Of a stretch of DNA of 64,000 bases, positions 49,794-57,703 are shown piece by piece. Positions within the stretch are counted from its first letter, which is position 1. Each line of letters starts with the position of its first letter. The notes below the pieces were generated by a model that had not been told where the DNA came from, made no database searches, and saw only the letters and a list, made by a program, of their open reading frames with translations. Made by a program: the position numbers and the translations under genes. Source of the DNA: a virus; the IMG/VR virus record IMGVR_UViG_3300036770_004428, positions 30,982 through 94,981 of that record; one strand, given 5' to 3'.

Positions 49794-50562
49794 AATTTTT
49801 CCATTCCCATATAAAACCATATGAAGATTTAGCTTTTTTATTTGCACAATACATAACATTGCTTGGGTTATACCCATCATCCTTTACTTGACTCAGGAAT
49901 TCATATTCTTTAATTTTTTCACCATTTTTTCCATATTGTATTATAGGTTTTCTGGTAGGCATGGGTCTATTATAGTTAGGATTTTTTTTACCCTTTTGCC
50001 TATCACCTCTACCATAAGCAGGGTTTTTTTCACCTATATTAGCTTGTCTTATTTTTTCTTTAACTTCTTCAGGGTGTTTTCTACCTTTTTGTGATTTAGA
50101 CATTTTTTGTTTTGCTAAATCCGCTTTTTCTTTACCTATCCTCTCCACCAAAGATTTACCTTTTCTTTCTTTAGATAATTTTTCCTTTTTCTCTTCATTC
50201 CACCTATTACCATAATTAGGGTTATTTTCACCTAACATATTTTTAATTTGTTTAGCTTTCACATAATCAGAAAATTCATTAGTTAGTGGGTTTTTTAAAT
50301 TATAATTTAATTTAGAATTAACACCACCATATTCGTTTATCCAATGTAGTTCACGATTATCTAAATCATCACTTTCTTCTAATACCTCAAATATGAAATT
50401 TTCTTTACCATATTTGTTATAAGCTTTTTGTAGATGATCATTGTGATGACTATTTCTTCCCAACCAATAAAAATGATTCTGTTTTCTATTAATTAAATTT
50501 TGTGTTTGTCCTATGTAAACTTTACCATTAACAACATTTGTAATTTTGTAAATACCTTTCAT
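49792..50562 (-). mobile_element. Free-standing GIY-YIG homing endonuclease with NUMOD3-like repeats
   Basis: GIYKITN..NGKVYIGQT, R..H, E..WI, YN; repeated GE.NP.YG and K.KMSKS.KGRKH.EE.K.K. Confidence 0.88.
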
Positions 50563-50582
50563 AACTTTACTTTTTATAAATA

Positions 50583-50613
50583 ATTAAGGAGAGACAAACA
50601 GTCTCTCCTTAAT
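50583..50613. promoter_or_regulatory. 13-bp hairpin between late motifs upstream of the endonuclease
   Basis: attaaggagagac-aaaca-gtctctccttaat; ATATTTAT at 50612-50619, TTATTTAT at 50576-50583. Confidence 0.6.
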
Positions 50614-50657
50614 AAATATGTTATAGATAATAAAAAGTAGTAAGTACCACGAACAAC

Positions 50658-52394
50658 TCAATAAACCCCCCCATCTAAAACATCTCCTTCGGCCAATACT
50701 CTCACACCATCAGGTGCCCCATTGTTACTATTTGTGTTTCTAATAACAATATCATTTAATTGAGTTAAGAAAGCTCTGTTTGTGTAACCATTTGCTCCTG
50801 TATATTCTGTAACATCACCACCTGTGAATGTGTTCATTTGTGCTATTGTATAGAACACATCGTTACCAGAACCATCACCATCCTGGATTCTTAAACCTGA
50901 AGCTATTGAAGTTGAAGAGGTGTTACCAGTTGGATTATAATTTAAAGTAATTTGTGGGTCTTCTACATATAACTCACTAGTTGATATTGTTGTAGTTGTA
51001 CCAAAGACCGTTAAATCACCATGTACAAGTAAATCACCAATACCAGGTGTTGAAGTAGACCCACCCGAACCGATAACTAAACCACCTTGTCCTATTGTAG
51101 CTGTCGTTCCTGAAGGATTTTGAACATCTATGTTACCAACTGTTAATAAATTTGTACCATCATTATATTCAAACCCAGACTCATCTGTTAATAAACCACC
51201 TGTTCCAACATAAACAACTCTACCTGCTGTTAAGTTTGAAATAGTCAAACCTGATACAGTGTTGATTGACGCTGTTAAATTAGGTTGTCCTTCGTTTTGT
51301 GAAATTGTAAATGTGTTACTTGCTGGATTATAAGTAAAACCTGTAACATATGTGTCATTTAAATCTAAAGAACTTAAATCGACAGCAAATGTTGTACCAT
51401 TATTTTTAACGAAAGTTATGTCACCAGTACTGTTATTGTATGTACCACCAGTTACAAAAGTATCTGTATAAGGTAGTGTGTATAAACCAGGTGCAACATT
51501 TTTGTTATAAAGTAAGCCTATTGATGCAACATTTGTATTAACAGTAGAGCCATTATTTGTACCACCAGTCAAGTAAGTATCATTTAAATCTAAAGAACTT
51601 AAATCGACAGCAAATGTTGTACCATCATTTTTAACAAAAGTTATATCACCTGTACTATTATTATATGTACCGCCTGTTGTGTAAGTATTTTCAGTAGTTA
51701 TAAAATAAGGACCACCTACAGGTACACCATGATATTCTAATTGAGCTGATTGTGTGGCTGTGTTATTATTGGCCGCTGTTAATGTATTACCTGTTACATA
51801 AACATCATTTGTTTGTGAAAATGCTGTTAATAAACCATAGTTAACAATTTCATTTGAGGCTGATGCTGTGTTGTTATAATAAGCTGGACCATTTAAATTT
51901 GTTGTCCCAGTTACAGTTAAATCACCATTAACATTGTTTGAACCATAAAGAGTAATACCGTTAAAAGAATTTATTGTTACAGGGACATTAGGTTTACCAT
52001 TATTAAGTTCAATTGTTAATGTATTTGGTGACCAAGTCGCACCTGTTGTATAAGAGTCAACTGATGCCGCAATTTCTGAAATATCCGCTAAAGCAAACCC
52101 GTTTGTAGTACCTGAAAGGAACTTACCAACAAGACCAGAACCAGTTTGTCCTTGATATTTTGTGATTTTATTTCTTAATCTTAGATCATAAAGGTTAGAA
52201 CCCACTTCAAAAAAGTTAGAAGTGTTACCCGTTCCTGCAGGTGTCCACTCCGATGTTGAGGTAGTTACACCCGAAAAATATACTATACCATCGGCTGTAT
52301 TAACAATAGGTTCACCTTTTAATAGACTACTAGGTAAGGGCCTATTTACTATATCTGAGTTCTTTAATACATGAGTCGTAATTCTTGTTGCCAT
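50658..52394 (-). CDS. Tail fibre-like protein with internal repeat
   Basis: N-terminal LKNS..P..GEP.VNTADG, TGGTYNNSTG repeats, ends LDGGVY. Confidence 0.72.
   Translation of the reverse strand: MATRITTHVLKNSDIVNRPLPSSLLKGEPIVNTADGIVYFSGVTTSTSEWTPAGTGNTSNFFEVGSNLYDLRLRNKITKYQGQTGSGLVGKFLSGTTNGFALADISEIAASVDSYTTGATWSPNTLTIELNNGKPNVPVTINSFNGITLYGSNNVNGDLTVTGTTNLNGPAYYNNTASASNEIVNYGLLTAFSQTNDVYVTGNTLTAANNNTATQSAQLEYHGVPVGGPYFITTENTYTTGGTYNNSTGDITFVKNDGTTFAVDLSSLDLNDTYLTGGTNNGSTVNTNVASIGLLYNKNVAPGLYTLPYTDTFVTGGTYNNSTGDITFVKNNGTTFAVDLSSLDLNDTYVTGFTYNPASNTFTISQNEGQPNLTASINTVSGLTISNLTAGRVVYVGTGGLLTDESGFEYNDGTNLLTVGNIDVQNPSGTTATIGQGGLVIGSGGSTSTPGIGDLLVHGDLTVFGTTTTISTSELYVEDPQITLNYNPTGNTSSTSIASGLRIQDGDGSGNDVFYTIAQMNTFTGGDVTEYTGANGYTNRAFLTQLNDIVIRNTNSNNGAPDGVRVLAEGDVLDGGVY
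51355..51678. repeat. ~100-bp intragenic direct repeat, 225-bp period
   Basis: 46-bp perfect core at 51355-51400 and 51580-51625. Confidence 0.85.
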
Positions 52395-52408
52395 TTTGTT
52401 TTTTATTT

Positions 52409-52416
52409 ATAAATAT
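52409..52416 (-). promoter_or_regulatory. Late promoter motif ATATTTAT
   Basis: 14 nt upstream of ATG 52394. Confidence 0.65.
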
Positions 52417-52430
52417 GTGTTATCATTTAA

Positions 52431-53189
52431 TTAGTAATTTCCACCTAATAAAATATCGTTTTGTATAATAGAGTTATTAGCTGTTATTGTTCTTTGATTA
52501 CCTAAACCATCTAAACCTAAATTTAAGTTAGGTGTAACTACTTGGTTGGTAGATGTCCATACTGTCGATGTTCCACTGATTGTATTAATGTTTCTAAATC
52601 TTTTAATTGGTGTCCCGATATCTACCACATCAGTAACTAAAGGTTCAATGGTGTTACCAACAAAAGTATTATCGTTTATCGTTATATCACCATTAACTGT
52701 TAACCCAGTTACTTGATTTATTGTGGCTGAAAGAAATAAACCATCACTCCTTTCTATGGTAAAAGTGTTACTATTATTATAAGTAAAATCAACTACCTCA
52801 GTAGTACCACTAACAATACTCGTTAAATTCCTATATTGAACTAAACCTGTAATAGGGTCTATTACTAAGGCTCTATCTAAAAGGTTATTGTTTGTTACAG
52901 AAATTAATTTTAACTCATCGTGGATTGTTATTGGTGAACAACCGTATATATTTGAAGTATAAATTCCTGCACAAGCACTAATAGTTGAACTAAATAATAC
53001 GGAACCATCACCATTAAATAAATTACCATTAATGGTCAAATCGTCAGTACAACCTTCTATTGTGTTAGCATATAAAATACCATCACAAACACTAAAATTA
53101 CCAGTAACACCTGTAAGACTATCACCACTATTTGGTTCTACAATAAAATATTTTACTATATCTGGCCCACAATGTTTATTATTACTCAT
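52431..53189 (-). CDS. Fibre/collar-associated structural protein
   Basis: Shares FTYN..NTFTI...L.A.IN.V.GLT with 50658..52394; ends LLGGNY. Confidence 0.6.
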   Translation of the reverse strand: MSNNKHCGPDIVKYFIVEPNSGDSLTGVTGNFSVCDGILYANTIEGCTDDLTINGNLFNGDGSVLFSSTISACAGIYTSNIYGCSPITIHDELKLISVTNNNLLDRALVIDPITGLVQYRNLTSIVSGTTEVVDFTYNNSNTFTIERSDGLFLSATINQVTGLTVNGDITINDNTFVGNTIEPLVTDVVDIGTPIKRFRNINTISGTSTVWTSTNQVVTPNLNLGLDGLGNQRTITANNSIIQNDILLGGNY

Positions 53190-54229
53190 TCTATTAGTAT
53201 TAATCCTCTAAGTGTTATTTCTGATATTTTTGTGGAGTCCAACTTTACTATATCTATTTTAAGTTCATCATCCGCTTCAGCTATAAATGGAACAGATATT
53301 ACAACATTATTTTTTCTTATTGTGTAAACATTAATATTATCGGTACCCACTGAAGAAAAACTAACCTTTTCGTGTGGTTTAAATCTTATACTTGTTGGTG
53401 CACTAGGTAAAAATTGTATAACTATTTTTAATGATTTGTCATCCTCATTATCATCTTTAATAAATCTAGCAACAGGTTTAACTCTTTTTAAATCTATTTC
53501 AGTTGTAATAAAGGCCCTATTAATAGCTGGTTTAACATCAAATTCTTCTTCATCTACTAAGTACCCCTGTAATTTCATTTCATAAGTTTGTACATAAAAT
53601 CTTTTTCCTTCTAAATCATCTATTTGACTTTCATCACCGATACTTTCTAAAAGTATTGGGAAATAATGTCCTTTTATATTCACATAAGCCTGTGCTGAAG
53701 CAAAAGTTTGTAGTACTTTTTGGTGTAATACGTTTAACTCTCTCATTCTATATGAGAAAAATCTAATAGTATAAATCATATCCACCCCAACAGGATTAGG
53801 TATACCATAAATATCCGTCCCATTTCTATTACCATCCCAAACAGGTATTTGCATGTAAGGGAAATTTTTTCTAACAGGTATTTTAAAATCAGCTGGGTTT
53901 GTACCAGTTTCTGGGTTTGGTCTTCTCACAACTGAAACAAAAGGTATTTTTAAGTTTTTATATTTATCAGTATTTGGCCATAGTTGGGCAAATTCATTCC
54001 ATCTCTGTAATGTTAAAAAATGTACAGGTACTTTTTCACCTTTTATTACAAATCCTAAATCATTATTTACGAATTCAACAAAACCAGTATCTAAGTCAGC
54101 AAAATCTACCGACCTAGGTAAGAATTGTTTGTTTTGTTCAGTAAATTGATCCCACCAATGTCTAGGTCCACCTTGTGGGTCCACTACCTTTACATCAATG
54201 TCGGTTTTTCTTTTTTTAGGTAAAGCCAT
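53186..54229 (-). CDS. Putative neck / tail-completion protein (T4 gp15-like)
   Basis: LD.GF.EFV, P.VSV.R, IP.PV.VD..Y, ..L.GYL pattern; synteny. Confidence 0.55.
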   Translation of the reverse strand: MALPKKRKTDIDVKVVDPQGGPRHWWDQFTEQNKQFLPRSVDFADLDTGFVEFVNNDLGFVIKGEKVPVHFLTLQRWNEFAQLWPNTDKYKNLKIPFVSVVRRPNPETGTNPADFKIPVRKNFPYMQIPVWDGNRNGTDIYGIPNPVGVDMIYTIRFFSYRMRELNVLHQKVLQTFASAQAYVNIKGHYFPILLESIGDESQIDDLEGKRFYVQTYEMKLQGYLVDEEEFDVKPAINRAFITTEIDLKRVKPVARFIKDDNEDDKSLKIVIQFLPSAPTSIRFKPHEKVSFSSVGTDNINVYTIRKNNVVISVPFIAEADDELKIDIVKLDSTKISEITLRGLILIE

Positions 54230-54235
54230 TTTTAT

Positions 54236-54751
54236 TTATACTTTAAATTCATCTGGGTCAGCTGTGGCACAAACTATTTTTCTATAATAAGATTTGTAAC
54301 CAAGCCTAGTTTTTGCGTTATCACTATTTATCCTACCATCGTTAACAACGGTAAAATATTTTATATTATCTTCCCTATCAGGGTAACCTATATAATCACC
54401 ATAAGTAATATCTACACCTAGTTCAGTTAACTGGTCTTCAAAAATGGTGAAAGTTAAATTACCGTAATCCTCATATCTACCATACCCCTCAGAATAAGAT
54501 TTAGATTCCGATTCTTCTAACATGGGTCTAACCTTCAACTCAATTGGTGGGTGAAATTTTATTTCTTCTACATCAGATTCACCGTATGTGTCGTCTGTTT
54601 GACTTTTAATTCTATCCACTCTGAACAGAATTACAGTAAAATTTAAATCCCCCTCAACAAATTCACGAGCCATTTCATTCTCTAAACCGAAGTCTAGATA
54701 ATCATAAAATTTACCCATTCTATTTATTGGTAATCTTTTTTTATCGGACAT
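54236..54751 (-). CDS. Putative neck / head-closure protein (T4 gp14-like)
   Basis: DDTYGE...F.PP.E, L..LG.DI.YGDY pattern; synteny. Confidence 0.55.
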   Translation of the reverse strand: MSDKKRLPINRMGKFYDYLDFGLENEMAREFVEGDLNFTVILFRVDRIKSQTDDTYGESDVEEIKFHPPIELKVRPMLEESESKSYSEGYGRYEDYGNLTFTIFEDQLTELGVDITYGDYIGYPDREDNIKYFTVVNDGRINSDNAKTRLGYKSYYRKIVCATADPDEFKV

Positions 54752-54769
54752 GAGATAATCTTTTTTTTT

Positions 54770-54777
54770 ATAAATAT
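54770..54777 (-). promoter_or_regulatory. Late promoter motif ATATTTAT
   Basis: 18 nt upstream of ATG 54751. Confidence 0.65.
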
Positions 54778-54833
54778 TTAGTATTACCCTATTTCGTTTA
54801 TTTTATTTAAATTGTTTTTATATTTAATAGGTT

Positions 54834-56657
54834 ATGATGGATATTAGTAAGTTGAAAAACCGAAAAACTCTAAGTAAACTAGAGGAATATGAGGGTAAAA
54901 ACGAATACATTCTTTCGTTAAAAGAAAAATTAAAAAAAGATAGTTCTTTTTTTATATCACCCAGTGTTGCGGAGTATATTGAAAATAATTTATATAGAGA
55001 CCCAGTAGAGGTTAATAAAATTATATCTATAACAGAATTTTTTGGTAAACAATTACAAGAAAATTTTGACCTTAATCACGTCCCAGAAAAAGTTCTAGTA
55101 GAATGGGTGTTGGGTGAAACCGAAAAATCTTACCATGTAAAAGGTAAAGTTTTTAAAAATCAAAAATATTCACCACTATTTTACATACCAAAAACACAAA
55201 TATCAGAAAATCTATATGATATGGAAGTAGAGGTAGAAGTAGATTTTGATAAATTTCAAGAAATGGATAAACGTGGATGGAGAGTATTCCCTCATCAAGA
55301 AGAGGGGGTTAAGTTTCTTCTATCTAAAAATAATAGAATCTTAGGTGATGACATGGGATTAGGTAAAACTTTAATGTCTACAATAGCATCTATAGAGTCT
55401 GGTGCTGAAAAAATATTGATTGTTTGTCCCGCTAATGCAAAAATAAATTGGTTTAGGGAGGTTAATGCTTATATCCCAGAAGAACAAATCTCAATAATTA
55501 AATCCGGTCATTGGAATCCTAAAAAATATACCATTATTAATTATGACATATTGAAAAATTTTCAAACCATAATAGACGGTAGAAAAGTTTATAAAGAACA
55601 CGAAATTAATAATTACTTAGATGACGAAGGTTTTGATTTAATTATCTTAGATGAAGCACACATGGTCAAAAACCCAACTAGTAATAGAGCAAAAATAATA
55701 AATCAAATTAGTAAAAAAATAAAAAGAAAATGGTTATTAACGGGTACACCTTTAGCTAACAGACCTATGGACTTTTTTAATCTATTAAAAATATGTGATT
55801 CACCAGTTACAGCAAGTTGGAAACAATATGCTTTTAGGTATTGTGATGGTAAAAAATTTAAAAAGAAATTAAAAAACGGTACATATAAGGATATTTGGTT
55901 AACTGACGGTGCCTCTAACCTAGAAGAGTTACATGAAAGGACAAAAAATTTAATTTTAAGAAGAAAAAAAGAAGACCATCTAGACTTACCACCTAAAATT
56001 GTGGCCCCTTATTATATCGAAATAGAGGATATGAATGAATACGATAGTGTTTTTGAGGAATATTTAGAATGGGCCAAATCTGAAGGTAAGAGATTAGGTG
56101 CTGGAAGACATATGGTTGAATTAATTGTTCTTAGAAAATATTTGGCATTAGAAAAAACAAAAAGAACTATTGAGTTAGCCGAACAGGCGATAGAAAACGG
56201 ACAAAAGGTTATAATATTCACCAACTTCACACACTCTTTCGATGCTTTAATGAAACATTTTGGTAGATTAGCTGTTGGTCATAACGGAAAAATGAATAGT
56301 ACCCAAAAACAAAATTCGGTAGACCAATTTCAAAATAATGAAAATATTATGGTTTTTGTTGGTAATCTTATATCAGCTGGTACAGCCATAACCTTAACAA
56401 AAGCTGAAGTTGTTATTATGAATGATTTAGACTTTGTCCCAGCTAATCACGCACAAGCCGAAGATAGAGCTCACAGAATAGGTTCACAATCAACAACAAA
56501 TGTATACTACCCAATTGCTGTAGACACAATAGATGAAATGATGTTTAAAGTATTGGAAAAGAAAAGAAAAATCATAGACACAGTTATTGGTGACGAACAT
56601 GTGTCTATGAATATAGAAGAAGATTTATTTAGTGAGTTTATACGTGGTTATTTTTAA
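54834..56657 (+). CDS. SNF2-family helicase/ATPase
   Basis: HQ.EG, GDDMGLGKT, DEAH, LTGTP, QAEDRAHRIG. Confidence 0.92.
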   Translation: MMDISKLKNRKTLSKLEEYEGKNEYILSLKEKLKKDSSFFISPSVAEYIENNLYRDPVEVNKIISITEFFGKQLQENFDLNHVPEKVLVEWVLGETEKSYHVKGKVFKNQKYSPLFYIPKTQISENLYDMEVEVEVDFDKFQEMDKRGWRVFPHQEEGVKFLLSKNNRILGDDMGLGKTLMSTIASIESGAEKILIVCPANAKINWFREVNAYIPEEQISIIKSGHWNPKKYTIINYDILKNFQTIIDGRKVYKEHEINNYLDDEGFDLIILDEAHMVKNPTSNRAKIINQISKKIKRKWLLTGTPLANRPMDFFNLLKICDSPVTASWKQYAFRYCDGKKFKKKLKNGTYKDIWLTDGASNLEELHERTKNLILRRKKEDHLDLPPKIVAPYYIEIEDMNEYDSVFEEYLEWAKSEGKRLGAGRHMVELIVLRKYLALEKTKRTIELAEQAIENGQKVIIFTNFTHSFDALMKHFGRLAVGHNGKMNSTQKQNSVDQFQNNENIMVFVGNLISAGTAITLTKAEVVIMNDLDFVPANHAQAEDRAHRIGSQSTTNVYYPIAVDTIDEMMFKVLEKKRKIIDTVIGDEHVSMNIEEDLFSEFIRGYF

Positions 56658-57256
56658 TCCCACCATTTTTGGATATTTCTTTCTAATAATTTAAAAATAA
56701 GTTTATTACACCTATCTTGATTTTCGTGTGCAATTTCCATCGCGATTAATTCTTTTGTTAGTTCATTTACAGGTCTTTTAAATCTACTAACTTCACCTGA
56801 CACCACTCTTTTATATTGAAGTGGGTATTTTTTAAAATAATCATCAAATGATTCACTAATTAAAGTTGACTTCATTTCAAAACATTCCTCACCATCAATT
56901 TTATAATCGGTGGGGATAAAATCATAATTAGTGTTATGATAATCCATATACTCCATACCGTAGAATTCATCTTGGTGTAATTTGATTAACCTACTTACTA
57001 ACAACATAATCTCGGAATCTCTTTTAGCACTAACATGCATATTACGGTCACCGATGTATTTAGCTTGCTTTTCTATTTTAAATTTTAAAACCTCGAAAAT
57101 GTAGTGGTCATCCCAATCACGGTCTCTCCATATAACAGGAAACCATTTCCAAAGATTTTTAACACCGTGGATAAAATCTTTGTGATAATACTTTGCCTCA
57201 AATTTCCACCAAAGAGATAATTTATCAAACACAGTTAATTTAACGTCTTTTTCCAT
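56654..57256 (-). CDS. Hypothetical protein
   Basis: 200-aa Trp-rich ORF (WFPVIWRDRDWD...WWD). Confidence 0.75.
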   Translation of the reverse strand: MEKDVKLTVFDKLSLWWKFEAKYYHKDFIHGVKNLWKWFPVIWRDRDWDDHYIFEVLKFKIEKQAKYIGDRNMHVSAKRDSEIMLLVSRLIKLHQDEFYGMEYMDYHNTNYDFIPTDYKIDGEECFEMKSTLISESFDDYFKKYPLQYKRVVSGEVSRFKRPVNELTKELIAMEIAHENQDRCNKLIFKLLERNIQKWWD

Positions 57257-57414
57257 TACATTCCTTTTTTATATCTTATTATTTTTAAATAAAGTTCATG
57301 GTTAAACTTATTACCAGGTTGAGTCCAAAAATCATTAATTTTAGACATATCAGGATTAGAATACGGTTTATCTATTCTATCTTTTGGTGTATACGTTGAT
57401 TTTAATCTTACCAT
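57256..57414 (-). CDS. 52-aa hypothetical protein (not in ORF track)
   Basis: MVRLKSTYTPKDRIDKPYSNPDMSKINDFWTQPGNKFNHELYLKIIRYKKGM; TAATG coupling to the next gene; promoter upstream. Confidence 0.6.
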   Translation of the reverse strand: MVRLKSTYTPKDRIDKPYSNPDMSKINDFWTQPGNKFNHELYLKIIRYKKGM

Positions 57415-57438
57415 AGGTTATATTTTAATTTATTAATA

Positions 57439-57469
57439 CAAATATAAACATTTTATCTTAAATAACAAA
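57439..57469 (-). promoter_or_regulatory. Bacteroidota-type promoter TTTG-N19-TATATTTG
   Basis: caaa 57466-57469 and caaatata 57439-57446 on +. Confidence 0.7.
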
Positions 57470-57471
57470 AA

Positions 57472-57681
57472 ATGGAAAAAAATAAAGAACAAGTCGAACA
57501 CCCAAAACACTATAATCAAGGTATTGAGATGTGGGATTACGCTTATTCACACGATTTAGATTTCTTTGAAGGTAATATTGTTAAGTACGTTACACGTTGG
57601 AGACATAAGAATGGTTTACAAGATTTATATAAAGCAAAACAATATTTAGATAAATTAATCGAACTGAAAGAAAATTCATGA
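57472..57681 (+). CDS. DUF3310 (T7 gp1.7 / SaV-like) protein
   Basis: V.HPKHY..GIE, F.EGN.VKY..R..HKNG.QDL.KA..YL. Confidence 0.8.
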   Translation: MEKNKEQVEHPKHYNQGIEMWDYAYSHDLDFFEGNIVKYVTRWRHKNGLQDLYKAKQYLDKLIELKENS

Positions 57682-57688
57682 TATTTAT
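57681..57688 (+). promoter_or_regulatory. Late promoter motif ATATTTAT
   Basis: 15 nt upstream of ATG 57704. Confidence 0.65.
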
Positions 57689-57703
57689 CTCAAAAGGTAA
57701 GTA

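Noticed and set aside
49651-50657. Group I intron carrying the GIY-YIG
   Set aside because: Both flanking genes look complete with their own termini; the 95-nt and 141-nt flanks hold promoters and terminators, with no visible intron core
51355-51678. Fibre repeat as a DGR template/variable pair
   Set aside because: Mismatches are mostly synonymous and not adenine-specific, both copies are in frame, and no reverse transcriptase is in the window
9279-54751. Bacterial contractile injection system or prophage
   Set aside because: It is flanked by a full phage replication set with uniform phage-style promoters; no integrase or host chromosomal context
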